A stretch of DNA of 64,000 bases from Gammaproteobacteria bacterium (GCA_030148865.1 JASBSR010000034.1:36543-100542), one strand, 5' to 3'; positions 1 to 10,441 are shown, numbered from the stretch's first letter. Notes: generated from the sequence alone by a model not told the origin. Numbers and translations are program-made.

Positions 1-792
1 CATCACGTCTTCATTCTGCAGGGCTTCCGGTGGCGCAGCAACACGCTCATCGGCAACGATTTCCAGCAGCGGGCGGTCATTTTCTTTGCCAATCGGCACG
101 TCAACCGAAGTCACACGGTCGCGCAAACCCAGCATTTTTTCAACCCCAGCCACCGGCTTGTTCAGCATTTTGGCGATATCTTCTGCGGTGGGTTCACGAT
201 CCATCTCCTGTTCCAGCTTACGCGCGGCACGGAGATAGACGTTGAGTTCTTTGATGACGTGAATCGGTAAACGGATAGTGCGGGTCTGGTTCATCAGGCC
301 GCGTTCGATGGTCTGACGTATCCACCAAGTGGCGTAGGTGGAGAAACGGAAACCCTTTTCAGGGTCAAATTTTTCAACCGCGCGTATCAGGCCAAGATTG
401 CCTTCTTCGATCAGGTCCAGCAGCGCCAGACCGCGGTTCATATAGCGACGAGCAATCTTCACCACCAGACGGAGATTGCATTCGATCATTTTTGTGCGTG
501 CGTCTATGTCACCTTTCAGCGCCAGGCGCGAGAAATAGACTTCTTCTTCAGCAGTCAGCAGGGGTGAGCCTTCAATTTCACGCAGGTAGAGGCGCGTTGC
601 GTCCAGTTCCTTGCGATCAACTTTGGCTTTAAGATCCGTTTCACTCGACTTTCTGGCGATTTTCTCGTCAGCGATACTGTCATCCTTGTCATTACTAACT
701 TCGAGGTCAACTTCATCGTCGTCGACATCATCGACCATTAGAATCGCTGCATCCACTTCTTCATCTTTGGTATCAGCTATTACTTGCCTCAT
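1..792 (-). CDS. rpoS: RNA polymerase sigma factor RpoS (sigma-38). N-terminal ~264 codons only; the 3' end lies beyond the window start.
   Basis: The gene is absent from the ORF track because it runs off the window edge. My minus-strand translation from the ATG at 790-792 reads [12 protein letters not shown]...[32 protein letters not shown]...[15 protein letters not shown]...[39 protein letters not shown]...TIRLPIHV. These are sigma-70 regions 1.2 to 3. The short acidic N-terminus and the position directly downstream of nlpD favour RpoS over RpoD. Confidence 0.85.
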   Translation of the reverse strand, partial: MRQVIADTKDEEVDAAILMVDDVDDDEVDLEVSNDKDDSIADEKIARKSSETDLKAKVDRKELDATRLYLREIEGSPLLTAEEEVYFSRLALKGDIDARTKMIECNLRLVVKIARRYMNRGLALLDLIEEGNLGLIRAVEKFDPEKGFRFSTYATWWIRQTIERGLMNQTRTIRLPIHVIKELNVYLRAARKLEQEMDREPTAEDIAKMLNKPVAGVEKMLGLRDRVTSVDVPIGKENDRPLLEIVADERVAAPPEALQNEDVM

Positions 793-1012
793 GATTTTAC
801 CCCCGGCCCTTTCATAATTTTTTAGTTATTTTTTTATCATTTTTATAGTTATTTCTGGCCGGAGGTGCTGGTTTATTATTAGCCTTAATTTCCATGCACT
901 TACAAGCCCTTTCTAAACTTGTCCGTAAGTTGAGAAAACTTATAGCATTAAATAAGTTTTCGAAGCAAGCATTTATTTGAAAATAGCGTTGATTTTTTTG
1001 AAGTTTTTTCAG

Positions 1013-1034
1013 AAACCACAAGATATTGTGGTTT
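1013..1034 (-). terminator. Hairpin just downstream of the nlpD stop (aaaccacaa-gata-ttgtggttt). Possible weak terminator or attenuator ahead of the rpoS leader.
   Basis: A perfect 9-bp stem with a 4-nt loop is read directly from the sequence. There is no long U-tract on the minus strand, so its function is uncertain. Confidence 0.3.
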
Positions 1035-1046
1035 ATTTGAGCTCAA

Positions 1047-1949
1047 TCACCCAGGTGGCAGATGACGTAACGGATCAACTGGCTTGCCGTGTTTACGAAT
1101 TTCGAAGTGCAACACGGCATCATTGGCATCTGTTTTGCCGATTTCGGCAATTTTATCCCCGGCATTGACCTGCACACCCTCACTGACCAGCAGTTTGCGA
1201 TTGTAAGCATAGGCGCTGAGATAAGCAGCATTGTGTTTAATGATCACCAGGTTACCGAAACTGATCAGCCCATTGCCGCTGTACACTACCTTACCCGCAG
1301 CCGCAGCGTGCACTGCATCACCTTCACCGCCGGCAATATCAATGCCTCTGGCATCGCCACGGCGACGATTAAAGCGCGAAATAATTTTACCCCGCAGCGG
1401 CCAGCGCCAGTGCACCACATCAGGATACTGCGTTGTTGCCTCGGATGCCGTGCTGGGTGCGGCGATGGCTGCCGGAATCGAAGCCGTGCGGGTAGCGGGT
1501 GTTTGCCGCGCTCTGGCCTGGGTATAGAGTTTTTGCCCCGGGTGCAGCAGATACGGCGACCTGAGCTGATTGACACGAACCAGCTGTTTCACCGCGACAC
1601 GGTGGCGGCGAGCGAGCGCGTACAAAGTGTCACCCCGGCGGACCACGATAACAGCAGAGGTGGCGGCACCGGATTCAGCCTGAACCGGGTTCGAGGCCGG
1701 TGGCGATGCATAACCGCTGACGGTGCCACGGGTGTGCAAACGTTGTCCGGGGAGAATCAGACTGCTGTCGCTGAGATTATTCCAGCGCGCGAGGTCTGCT
1801 GGATCGAGCTCATAGCGCCAGGCGATGGAGTACAGAGTATCGCCCGAACGCACGGTGTAATCACTGGGGTCCCAGCTGGGGCGCGTCGTGGAACAGGCAC
1901 TGAGCAGCAGCGCAAGGCCCAGCCAGATTGTCGTGCTGGGTGGGCGCAT
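1047..1949 (-). CDS. nlpD: Murein hydrolase activator NlpD (LysM + M23 peptidase-like lipoprotein)
   Basis: ORF 1047..2228 is trimmed to Met94 (MRPPSTTIWLGLALLLSAC, signal peptide plus lipobox Cys). Two LysM repeats are present (YTVRSGDTLYSIAWRY and VVRRGDTLYALARRH), followed by a C-terminal M23 domain (GIDIAG...VVYSGNGL...GNLVIIKH). Its start overlaps the upstream gene stop as TAATG. Synteny surE-pcm-nlpD-rpoS. Confidence 0.88.
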   Translation of the reverse strand: MRPPSTTIWLGLALLLSACSTTRPSWDPSDYTVRSGDTLYSIAWRYELDPADLARWNNLSDSSLILPGQRLHTRGTVSGYASPPASNPVQAESGAATSAVIVVRRGDTLYALARRHRVAVKQLVRVNQLRSPYLLHPGQKLYTQARARQTPATRTASIPAAIAAPSTASEATTQYPDVVHWRWPLRGKIISRFNRRRGDARGIDIAGGEGDAVHAAAAGKVVYSGNGLISFGNLVIIKHNAAYLSAYAYNRKLLVSEGVQVNAGDKIAEIGKTDANDAVLHFEIRKHGKPVDPLRHLPPG

Positions 1950-2530
1950 TAGCTCCGTGTGTGCCACCAGTATACAGCCACCAGTACCACAACAGTGAGC
2001 CAGCCCAGCCATTCGATATAACGCCGCACCACCGGTTCCAGCCGTGGCCCCGCCCAGGCCATGACCAGCGCCACCAGAAAAAAGTGTGCACTGCGCCCCA
2101 CTAGCGCCGCAAAAATGAACGGCAGCAGCGCCATTGAGAGCGCGCCTGCAGTGATGGTGAAGATTTTGAACGGAATCGGTGAAAAACCGGCGATGACCAC
2201 TGCCCAGAATCCCCATTCGGCGAACCATTGCTGTGCGGTCAGGTATTTGTCCCAGTAGCCGGCAGACTCGATCAGAGGCTCAATACTGGTGATAGCAAAA
2301 TACCCCAGCCCATAGCCGAATACAGCGCCGAGCACCGACATGACCGTGGCAATGGCCGCGATCTGCAGCGCACGCTCGGGGCGCGCTACGGCCATCGGTG
2401 CCACCATCAACGCCGTGGGGAACGGAAAAAAGATTGCTTCGAACAGACTCACGCCGGCAAGATAGCGTTCAGCATTCGGGTGCGCCGCCCACTGCATACA
2501 TTTGTTATATAAACCTGCAAACAACATCAA
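1949..2530 (-). CDS. YqaA/DedA-type (SNARE-associated domain) inner-membrane protein
   Basis: 193-aa polytopic hydrophobic protein. The pattern YLAGVSLFEAIFFPFPTALMV...GYGLGYF is typical of the YqaA family. It sits between pcm and nlpD. Confidence 0.6.
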   Translation of the reverse strand: MMLFAGLYNKCMQWAAHPNAERYLAGVSLFEAIFFPFPTALMVAPMAVARPERALQIAAIATVMSVLGAVFGYGLGYFAITSIEPLIESAGYWDKYLTAQQWFAEWGFWAVVIAGFSPIPFKIFTITAGALSMALLPFIFAALVGRSAHFFLVALVMAWAGPRLEPVVRRYIEWLGWLTVVVLVAVYWWHTRS

Positions 2531-2531
2531 A

Positions 2532-3197
2532 TCACCTCACTGAACCATCAAGCAGAGGAACAAAGCGCACTGCGTCGAGAACTTTTTCGTCATAGCCGGT
2601 ATCGCTGCGGGTAATTAATTTCAGCACCTGGTGGCCATTAACACTGCCTACCGGGATCACCATGCGGCCCCCGATCGTAAGCTGTTCCAGCAATGAAGGC
2701 GGCACCTGTTCGGGTGCCGCTGTCACCATAATCGCCGGATAAGGCGCTTTTTCCGGCCAGCCCCAGCTGCCGTCGCTGTGTTTGGTATAAATATTGTGCA
2801 GCTTCAGCGCCTGATGACACTGGCGCGCGCGCTGTAATAAGGCGCTGATGCGTTCAACGGTGTAGACCCTGGGAATCAGCCGCGCCAGCACCGCCGACTG
2901 ATACCCCGAACCGGTGCCAACTTCCAGTACTGTGTCCGGGATCCCATTTTTGAGCAGAATCTCGGTCATGCGCGCGACGATATAAGGCTGGGAAATGGTC
3001 TGGCCGTGGCCGATAGGCAAAGATGAATCTTCATACGCGCGCGAAGACATCGCCTCGTCGATGAATATGTGCCGAGGCGTGGTGCGCATGACTTCCAGGA
3101 CACGCTCATTACCGATGCCTTCCTGACGCAGTCGTTCGATCAGACGGTCACGCGTGCGCTGTGAAGTCATGCCAATGCCTTCAATATTCTGCTGCAT
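2532..3197 (-). CDS. pcm: Protein-L-isoaspartate O-methyltransferase
   Basis: [14 protein letters not shown]...[10 protein letters not shown]...[18 protein letters not shown]...[16 protein letters not shown] (SAM-binding motif). The start overlaps the surE stop as TAATG. Confidence 0.93.
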   Translation of the reverse strand: MQQNIEGIGMTSQRTRDRLIERLRQEGIGNERVLEVMRTTPRHIFIDEAMSSRAYEDSSLPIGHGQTISQPYIVARMTEILLKNGIPDTVLEVGTGSGYQSAVLARLIPRVYTVERISALLQRARQCHQALKLHNIYTKHSDGSWGWPEKAPYPAIMVTAAPEQVPPSLLEQLTIGGRMVIPVGSVNGHQVLKLITRSDTGYDEKVLDAVRFVPLLDGSVR

Positions 3198-3961
3198 TAT
3201 AATCTATCCGGTGATGATCGCGTCGTCAGCCAGTCGTCCAGCGCTTTCAGGCTATCATAGCGGGTGAGATCGATCTGCAAAGGGGTGATGGAAATATAAT
3301 TGCTTTCCACTGCGTGAAAATCGGTGCCCTCGCCGGCATCCTGCGCCGCCCCCGGTGGTCCTACCCAGTACATCATGTCACCGCGTGGATCTGCCTGTTT
3401 GATCACACCCTCAGACTTATGCCGGTTACCCAGCCGGGTCGCACGCAGCCCCTGAATCTTACCCCAGGGAACATCGGGTACGTTCATATTGAGGATTGTG
3501 GTCTGTGTCAGTGGCCGGGTTTCCAGCAGATCGATAAATTCAGCAACCGCGCGCGCGGCAGTATCGAAGTACTCCGGAGTGAAGGCGTTCAACGATACCG
3601 CCAGCGCCGGCAGACCGAGAAATCGACCTTCCATCGCTGCCGCCACCGTGCCTGAATAGAGCACATCATCACCCATATTGGCACCCGCATTGATGCCTGA
3701 AACCACCATATCCGGTTCCTGGTCGAGCAACCCGGTAATCGCCAGGTGCACACAGTCGGTGGGGGTGCCGTTCACATAATAAAAACCATTTTCGGCCAAT
3801 TCGACACGCAATGGCCGCTCCAGCGTCAGTGAATTACTCGCCCCGCTGCGATTGCGCTCGGGGGCCACCACCGCAATCGTGTGGCGCTGTGCCAGGGTCT
3901 CGGCCAAAATGCGTAAACCGGGCGCAAGATAGCCATCATCATTGCTCAATAATATGTGCAC
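3197..3961 (-). CDS. surE: 5'/3'-nucleotidase SurE
   Basis: [16 protein letters not shown]...[25 protein letters not shown], the canonical SurE signature. Synteny with pcm. Confidence 0.93.
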   Translation of the reverse strand: MHILLSNDDGYLAPGLRILAETLAQRHTIAVVAPERNRSGASNSLTLERPLRVELAENGFYYVNGTPTDCVHLAITGLLDQEPDMVVSGINAGANMGDDVLYSGTVAAAMEGRFLGLPALAVSLNAFTPEYFDTAARAVAEFIDLLETRPLTQTTILNMNVPDVPWGKIQGLRATRLGNRHKSEGVIKQADPRGDMMYWVGPPGAAQDAGEGTDFHAVESNYISITPLQIDLTRYDSLKALDDWLTTRSSPDRL

Positions 3962-3986
3962 AGCGGTTACAATCAGCTCATGAAAC

Positions 3987-4556
3987 GTGAAACCTCAATC
4001 TTACATGAACTTAGCCTCAGCGATGCACAACGATTCACCTGATGACGACGAAGATCTGTTCCGCAAGGAAATGACTGGTGTCAAACCGCTGAAGTCGACT
4101 GCGCGCTATCGCCACCAGCCAAAACCCAAACGCATACGCGTGCGCGAGCATTCCGAGCTGGTACCCATGGTCGATGTTTTTTCCGATGCGCCACTCACAG
4201 AAGACTGTCCCGATCAGCTCAACTTTTCCCGTAGCGGCGTGCAGCCCGCCACCTTAAAAAAACTGCGCCAGGGTAAACTCAGCATCGCAGATGAAATCGA
4301 CCTGCACGGCATGACGATTGACGATGCTCGCGAATATTTGCGCGCCTTCCTCGCCGAAAGTGAAGCCGCTGGCGCACGCGTAATTCGTATTGTTCACGGC
4401 AAAGGCTATCGTTCAAAAGACGGGCGGCCTTTGATCAAGGGTATGGTCAATCGCTGGTTACGTGAAGTGCCGATGGTGCTGGCATTTCATAGTGCGGTGC
4501 CGGCGGATGGAGGCAATGGGGCTGTTTATGTGTTGTTGAAAAAATTGAAAGATTAA
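3987..4556 (+). CDS. Smr/MutS2-family (Smr domain) protein
   Basis: The C-terminal Smr domain reads [19 protein letters not shown]...RIVHGKG...LKGMVNRWL. The start appears to be GTG and the exact start is uncertain. Confidence 0.75.
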   Translation: MKPQSYMNLASAMHNDSPDDDEDLFRKEMTGVKPLKSTARYRHQPKPKRIRVREHSELVPMVDVFSDAPLTEDCPDQLNFSRSGVQPATLKKLRQGKLSIADEIDLHGMTIDDAREYLRAFLAESEAAGARVIRIVHGKGYRSKDGRPLIKGMVNRWLREVPMVLAFHSAVPADGGNGAVYVLLKKLKD

Positions 4557-4812
4557 GATTAACCGGAGGTTTCAGACCCGGGTCCTTCGCAATCACTCAG
4601 GATGGCAAAAAAACTATTGTTTAAAAAAACACTTCCATGTGTTTTGCCTTTCTGACCACACTTCCTGCGTTCACAATGCCTCAGATAATTGATTTCGATT
4701 TCGCGGGGAAGAGATGGCCTGATGATCCAGCTCGAGCACCAGAGAAATTGCCGACAACCCGTCAGCTTCGTGCTTGATGTCATGCCTCATTTGTCTCTGA
4801 TCCATTTTATTT

Positions 4813-5145
4813 CTACACAACCAGAATAAGTATAATAATAATCAGGAGTAATTCGACGGTGCTGACACCCGCTCCGGCAGTCAGTTCATCGATATGACCA
4901 CTGAGTTGCAGTAATTCTGCGTCAGTCATTTCATTAACGCGAGCGAGTGATGCCCCGGGGTCAACGCCGCGTGCTATGAGTTGCTGCTGGACATCTTTAC
5001 GCTCCAGCATGTTTACCAGCTGTGTGCGCCTGGAATCTGACAATGTTTCAGCGGTGCCAGTCATTGCGGCCTGCGCGGCTGCCATGTGAATTAACAACAT
5101 ACCCAGAATACTCAAGCAGATAGCTGATTTTTTTAGTAGTAACAT
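4813..5145 (-). CDS. Small exported protein with a C-terminal hydrophobic anchor, resembling the PA2779 family
   Basis: Signal peptide MLLLKKSAICLSILGMLLIHMAAAQA. The central motif is R.DVQQQL.ARGVDP..A..RV..MTD.EL..L...IDEL.AG, followed by the C-terminal TM LLLIIIILILVV. The family assignment is from memory of PA2779-like proteins and was not searched. Confidence 0.5.
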   Translation of the reverse strand: MLLLKKSAICLSILGMLLIHMAAAQAAMTGTAETLSDSRRTQLVNMLERKDVQQQLIARGVDPGASLARVNEMTDAELLQLSGHIDELTAGAGVSTVELLLIIIILILVV

Positions 5146-5469
5146 AGTAATATTTTCGCTCTATGAGATCAGTTATTTAGCTACCAGGTAGGGTAATAAT
5201 AAAATCATGCCTATACAAGCTTTTTTTAAAACCCTTGAGTGCCGATCCTAAAAATCGATAGCGTCAGGCTCGATTGATTGAGTTTGCACCTGCCTGGCTT
5301 GTAAAAAACGCCCCCTTACAGTCGCTTGCTGAACCACAGGGCGACTGACAGGAAGGAATGCGTAACGCGCATGGCTGCGCCACCTGACTCACTACTAGTA
5401 AAAGCTAACCAGGTACAAAAATCAAAATCTGGCTTCGCGACAGAGTCATTCGGGAATAACGAAAAAAAC

Positions 5470-8082
5470 CTATCGCCGACCGATATCAGGCTCGCTGCAA
5501 TACCCGCCACACACCCACTTTGAACTAAGCCCGGGATACGCACTGATGACTGAGGTAAGCAATGCTGCCAAATACGGCAAGGCCTGCACCAGCAGGACAA
5601 TCACCCATAACAACAAATCCGTGGTATCGGTACCGATGGTATAGATAATCGCGGCGGCTGCCAGCCACATGGCAATAGCGAACAGGGTTTCTTCGCGACA
5701 GGCATCTAATGCTCGCAACAGTGCTGCGCTCTGCTCATGTTTGGGGGTGCGCATAAAGGGTTTATTTTTGGTGAAGAGCCCCTGTACCGTAGCAATCGCA
5801 ATCGTGTGTGACAATGCCAGCCCCACCAGTACCGCTGATATGGTTTGCGGTGCAGTGCCAACGATCTTTGCACTACGATAAATAAATACCACTTTCGCCA
5901 TTTTGAAACTGAATAACACCAGCGGCAGTAACGAAAAAATAATCAGCGGCGGGTCAAATGTCAGCGGTGCCACCAGCATCGCAATCGACCAGCTCAGCGC
6001 TGCCATATTGAACAACAGATTGACACCATCGGCCAGCCACGGCAGCCAACCGGCGATGAAGTGATAACGTTGCCCCAGGGTTAATTTGCCACTGGTACCG
6101 GTGAACAGTTCACGCGCATGATGTTTCATAATCTGCACCGCACCGTAAGCCCAGCGTGAACGCTGTTTTTTGTAACTGAGAAAAGTGTCAGGGATCAGAC
6201 CTTTGCCATAACTTTTCGGGATATACACCGCCTTGAAGCCCAGTTCGAAGATGCGCAGGCCGAGCTCAGCATCTTCGGTAATGCACCATTCACTCCAACG
6301 ACCACTTTGTTCCAGCACACTTCGGCGCACCATGGTCATGGTGCCATGTTGAATAATTGCGTTGCGTTCGTTGCGCGTGATCATGCCAATATAAAAGAAA
6401 CCGCGATATTCGGCGTGAGTCATGGCTTTAAAAGCATTCTCGTTGGCATCACGATAATCCTGTGGTGCCTGCACAATAGCAACATCTTCCTGCGCGAACT
6501 GCGGCACCAGATCGCGCAGCCAGTCAGATTCAACAATATAATCACTATCGATCACAGCAATAATTTTTGCTTCGTTCACAGTTTGTTGTAATGCAAAATT
6601 AAGCGCGCCGGATTTAAAACCTGCTAACGGGTCTTTGTGAAAAAACCGGAAACACTCTCCCAACTTCTGACAATGCGCTGCTACCGGTTGCCAGACTGTG
6701 GGGTCTTTAGTGTTGTTATCGATCACAATCACTTCGTAATGTGGATAATCCAGCTTCGCCAGTGCATCCAGGGTTTCGATCAGCATATCAGGTGGTTCGT
6801 TGAACGCAGGTACATGAATCGACACCAGTGGCATGTTTGTGGCTTCGACCGGCACTGGCTTAAAACCACGCCGCCGGTCTTTCACCCAGAGCGTTTCCGC
6901 CCATTCGTGCGCTTCGATGAGTAACACAATGACCACACCGAGAATACTAAACAGCATCAATACACCAACTATAATGCTGCTAACCGTAAAGTATTGCCGG
7001 GTGTAGCTGTACACGATCCAGACCACAGCAGTGGCAGAAAAGAACGCAACCAGGGCAAGAAAACCGCGACCACGAAATGTCAGCGAGACCGCATCCAGCA
7101 TTAACAGCGCAAATGTTATTGCGGCAATGACAATAGAGATAAACGCCAGCGTCTGCCATTGTGGAATTCTGAGAATCGGTGCGGTGAATTCAAACTTGGG
7201 TTCGCGGTCAACATCGTAAACACCCCAGTAAGCCCCGACTGCGCCTTCGTTGACGCTTTTCCAGGGCTGGTCAAAAGCTTCCATGACATAATAAATATAA
7301 TGTTCCTGTTCTGCGCGTTGCAAAAAACGCCGCAGAAAAATCGCTTCATTGGCTTCGGAAGCGACTGCATCCATACGGGTGCGACCATGACTGGGCCAGC
7401 CAACTTCGGCGATAACAACAGGCTTGCCGGGATAAGTCTGTTTCAACAGGTCAAGTTTCTCGACGATGTAATCCACTGCATGATCAATACTGATACCTTC
7501 CCAATACGGCAACATATGCACTGCAAGATAATCCACGTTCGCGGCCAGCTCAGGATATTTTAGCCAAATATGCCATGGTTCGGCAGTACTCACAGGAATA
7601 TCCAGCTCGGCCCGAGCCAGTTTGAGATAGTCTATCATCTGCGTCAGCGACACATCGCCACGCAGTATGGCTTCGTTACCCACCAGTACACGCACCACAT
7701 TCTGACGATTCTGATCAGCTAGTGTGATCATCGACTGTAATTCTTCTGTGTTGCGCGTCAGATTACCACTGATGTCCGCCCCCAATGTCACGTTGATGTG
7801 ATGCTGTTTTGCCAGCTCAGGTATTTTTGCCAGCGAGCCTTCTACACTATAGCTGCGCACAGCATGCGTTTTACTTTCCAGCAAGACAAGATCACGCTCA
7901 ATGTCGTCGGGGGTGGGTAATCGATGCTCGACAGGATTATCGTCAGCACGCATAGGAGAAAAAGCAAAGCCCTGTATGACATCAGGCCAGGGAGTTTCGA
8001 TATCAGGTCGGTTGACCAGCGCCCAGAGTACAATACTGAGTGCCGCAATAGCAACTGCAATCAGAATATTGACACGGCGCAT
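5470..8082 (-). CDS. ndvB: Bifunctional membrane glucan synthase, NdvB-like: N-terminal GH17 glucanosyltransferase domain plus C-terminal GT2 processive glycosyltransferase
   Basis: GH17 motifs are VLVGNEAIL (acid/base NE) and VIAEVGWPSHG (nucleophile E). Several TM helices follow. The GT2 domain has VSIHVPAFNEP...VIVIDNNTKD, VIDSDY, QAPQDY, TEDAELGLR and QRSRWAYG (QxxRW). The symbol is given by architecture analogy to Pseudomonas/Bradyrhizobium NdvB. Confidence 0.7.
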   Translation of the reverse strand: MRRVNILIAVAIAALSIVLWALVNRPDIETPWPDVIQGFAFSPMRADDNPVEHRLPTPDDIERDLVLLESKTHAVRSYSVEGSLAKIPELAKQHHINVTLGADISGNLTRNTEELQSMITLADQNRQNVVRVLVGNEAILRGDVSLTQMIDYLKLARAELDIPVSTAEPWHIWLKYPELAANVDYLAVHMLPYWEGISIDHAVDYIVEKLDLLKQTYPGKPVVIAEVGWPSHGRTRMDAVASEANEAIFLRRFLQRAEQEHYIYYVMEAFDQPWKSVNEGAVGAYWGVYDVDREPKFEFTAPILRIPQWQTLAFISIVIAAITFALLMLDAVSLTFRGRGFLALVAFFSATAVVWIVYSYTRQYFTVSSIIVGVLMLFSILGVVIVLLIEAHEWAETLWVKDRRRGFKPVPVEATNMPLVSIHVPAFNEPPDMLIETLDALAKLDYPHYEVIVIDNNTKDPTVWQPVAAHCQKLGECFRFFHKDPLAGFKSGALNFALQQTVNEAKIIAVIDSDYIVESDWLRDLVPQFAQEDVAIVQAPQDYRDANENAFKAMTHAEYRGFFYIGMITRNERNAIIQHGTMTMVRRSVLEQSGRWSEWCITEDAELGLRIFELGFKAVYIPKSYGKGLIPDTFLSYKKQRSRWAYGAVQIMKHHARELFTGTSGKLTLGQRYHFIAGWLPWLADGVNLLFNMAALSWSIAMLVAPLTFDPPLIIFSLLPLVLFSFKMAKVVFIYRSAKIVGTAPQTISAVLVGLALSHTIAIATVQGLFTKNKPFMRTPKHEQSAALLRALDACREETLFAIAMWLAAAAIIYTIGTDTTDLLLWVIVLLVQALPYLAALLTSVISAYPGLSSKWVCGGYCSEPDIGRR

Positions 8083-8155
8083 GCAAATTTAATCGTTGTT
8101 AATAGCAGCAGTACGCGGCAGAATTCTTCCTGGAATGCGAGGACACGGATGACCG

Positions 8156-8926
8156 CTATCGCACCCAGCCGCGTTTGCTAGTTTCGATAAAATCACGCAA
8201 TTGCTTAACTTCCGTATAAATTTTCGCAAGATCTTCGATTTGCTGCATCGCGATCTTGTGAGAACACTCAGACTTTACCAGCAACCTGAAAGCCTGCTGG
8301 ATGCTGCGAATGGTTTCTGCGCTAAAGTTGCGGCGCTTCAGGCCTTCTTTATTAATACCCACAGCGCGTGCACGATTACCGGCTACGGTAAAAAATGGCG
8401 GCACATCACGATCGATGGCAGAAGCAAATCCAGTAAAACAGTGCGCACCAATGCGAGTGAACTGATGTACAGTGGTATAACCGCCAAGGATAGCATAATC
8501 GTCAACCAACACATGTCCTGCCAGCGCCACAGCATTGGCGACAATTACATGATCACCAATGCGACAATCGTGAGCAACATGACAGGACACCATAAACAGA
8601 TTGTCACTACCCACTCTGGTGACACCCTCATCATCGACTGTACCCCGATTCATGGTGACATATTCACGAATAGTGTTACGATCACCGATTTCCAGACGTG
8701 TTGGTTCGCCGTTATACTTTAGATCCTGTGGCATATCACCAATTGAGGCAAACTGAAAAATGTGGTTATCTTTACCGATGACAGTCGGACCATTGACCAC
8801 TACGTGCGGCCCGAGCACTGTGCCCTCACCTATTTCAACATCGGCACCAATGACGCTATAAGCACCTATGCAAACCTTATCAGCAATCTTTGCTGACGGG
8901 TCAATGACTGCAGTCGGGTGTATCAT
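8156..8926 (-). CDS. lpxA: Acyl-ACP--UDP-N-acetylglucosamine O-acyltransferase
   Basis: The track ORF is trimmed to MIHPTAVIDPSAKI, which avoids overlap with fabZ. Hexapeptide repeats are present. Synteny lpxD-fabZ-lpxA. Confidence 0.92.
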   Translation of the reverse strand: MIHPTAVIDPSAKIADKVCIGAYSVIGADVEIGEGTVLGPHVVVNGPTVIGKDNHIFQFASIGDMPQDLKYNGEPTRLEIGDRNTIREYVTMNRGTVDDEGVTRVGSDNLFMVSCHVAHDCRIGDHVIVANAVALAGHVLVDDYAILGGYTTVHQFTRIGAHCFTGFASAIDRDVPPFFTVAGNRARAVGINKEGLKRRNFSAETIRSIQQAFRLLVKSECSHKIAMQQIEDLAKIYTEVKQLRDFIETSKRGWVR

Positions 8927-8933
8927 ATTTATA

Positions 8934-9383
8934 TTACTCAGCAATGGGCTTTGCGGCACACAACATGTCAGCTATAGTCACAATTTCACCATCGACAGTA
9001 GCTTTGCAGCTGAACTTCCAGACGACTCTGGAACGACGTTCGATTTTAACCTGCATCAGCAGTTGGTCACCCGGGACTACTTGACGCTTGAATCTGACAT
9101 TATCAACACCAACCAGCATGTAGAGCACGTCGGTTTTCGGTTCTTCACTCATGGTGCGAAAACCCAGTAGACCCGTGGCCTGCGCCATCGCTTCTATAAT
9201 GAGCACGCCGGGCATGATCGGGATATCAGGGAAATGGCCAGTAAAAAACGGCTCGTTGACCGAGACGTTTTTAATTGCCGTTAAGGTTTCGCCAGGAATA
9301 CATTCCAGTACACGATCAACCAGAAGAAACGGATAGCGGTGCGGCAAGAATTTTCGGATTTCTTCTACATACATAGCACTCAC
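8934..9383 (-). CDS. fabZ: 3-hydroxyacyl-ACP dehydratase FabZ
   Basis: [13 protein letters not shown]...[23 protein letters not shown], the hot-dog fold signature. Confidence 0.94.
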   Translation of the reverse strand: MSAMYVEEIRKFLPHRYPFLLVDRVLECIPGETLTAIKNVSVNEPFFTGHFPDIPIMPGVLIIEAMAQATGLLGFRTMSEEPKTDVLYMLVGVDNVRFKRQVVPGDQLLMQVKIERRSRVVWKFSCKATVDGEIVTIADMLCAAKPIAE

Positions 9384-9411
9384 AGCATTACTCCGGTTAT
9401 TTCGGCTATTG

Positions 9412-10437
9412 TTACTTTAGTTTATCGTCTATTTTTTTTTCGAGTATTTTTAAACGTTTCGCGAGCGAATCCAGTTCTTTAAAACGAGACGCATTACGTC
9501 GCCAGTTTATGTTGGTATCCATCAACGTACTTGAGGAATACACACCCGCCGTGGTAATCGAGTTGCTGACGAATGTTCTACCTGTTACTATCGTGTTGTC
9601 CACAATCTCAATGTTATCGCGAATTCCCACAGCGCCACCAATCAGGCAATTAGCACCTATTTTAACCGTGCCCGCAATACACGTGCATGCTGATATTACT
9701 GTATCATGGCCGATCTCTACGTTATGACCAATCTGAATCTGGTTGTCGATTTTGACACCATCACCAATTTTAGTATCACCGAGTGCGCCTCGATCGATTG
9801 AAGTACAGGCACCGATCTCAACCCGATTACCGATTAGCACACTACCAATCTGTGGCACTTTAAAATAACTGTTGCCGTCTTTCACAAACCCAAACCCATC
9901 TGCACCTACTACAACACCTGAATGCAGAGTACAGTCGTCACCTATTACACAATTTCTGGTAATCGAAACATTGGTATTTATATAAGTGTTCATGCCAATA
10001 GTTACATTCTCACCGATAACACTATTGGCACCAATGTAGACACCGGCAGAAATAATTGCGCCTGCTTTGATTACCACACCCGAATCAAGATAGGCACTGG
10101 CATCAATCTTTGCATTGGGGTTAACGACCGCAGTATCCGCAATTCCAGCTGGCGGACGCGCCGTTGGATTAAGCAAGGCAACAACTTTTGCGAACACCAA
10201 CCTCGGGTCATCGGCAATTAGACATGGCAGCATGCATTGTTCAGCCAGAGCACGACTCACCACCAGCGCAGAAGCTCTGGTGGTCGTCAGATACTGCGAA
10301 TACTTAGCAGTATAAACAAAGGCAATATCACCCGGCCCGGCCTGTATCACATCTGCGGCGCGCCCAATTTCACAGGCACCATCTCCGCATAGCTCCGCAC
10401 CGGTGCTCTCTGCAAGTTGCGACAGGCTCAGTGGCAT
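9412..10437 (-). CDS. lpxD: UDP-3-O-acylglucosamine N-acyltransferase
   Basis: 341 aa with an N-terminal LpxD domain, a long hexapeptide-repeat left-handed beta-helix region and a C-terminal helical tail. Synteny with skp and fabZ. Confidence 0.92.
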   Translation of the reverse strand: MPLSLSQLAESTGAELCGDGACEIGRAADVIQAGPGDIAFVYTAKYSQYLTTTRASALVVSRALAEQCMLPCLIADDPRLVFAKVVALLNPTARPPAGIADTAVVNPNAKIDASAYLDSGVVIKAGAIISAGVYIGANSVIGENVTIGMNTYINTNVSITRNCVIGDDCTLHSGVVVGADGFGFVKDGNSYFKVPQIGSVLIGNRVEIGACTSIDRGALGDTKIGDGVKIDNQIQIGHNVEIGHDTVISACTCIAGTVKIGANCLIGGAVGIRDNIEIVDNTIVTGRTFVSNSITTAGVYSSSTLMDTNINWRRNASRFKELDSLAKRLKILEKKIDDKLK

Positions 10438-10441
10438 GATT

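Noticed and set aside
1089-1952. 287-aa plus-strand ORF opposite nlpD, with several further nested ORFs at 1231-2091
   Set aside because: These are shadows of nlpD. The nlpD frame has clear LysM, M23 and lipobox features, and the others have none.
1950-2228. N-terminal extensions of track ORFs (nlpD to 2228, lpxA to 8959, bamA to 13318, dxr to 15920, pyrH to 18904, rpsB to 20825, rpsA to 35477, cmk to 36280, sdhA to 53390, sdhE to 50764, and others)
   Set aside because: The extensions overlap the upstream gene, and the extended sequence does not resemble the N-terminus expected for each family. Internal starts give canonical N-termini, signal peptides or ATGA/TAATG coupling.
4559-4783. 74-aa minus-strand ORF downstream of the PA2779-like gene
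   Set aside because: It has no RBS, a Cys/Arg/Ser-rich odd composition, no motif, and it lies in the convergent terminator zone between two genes. It is most likely non-coding.
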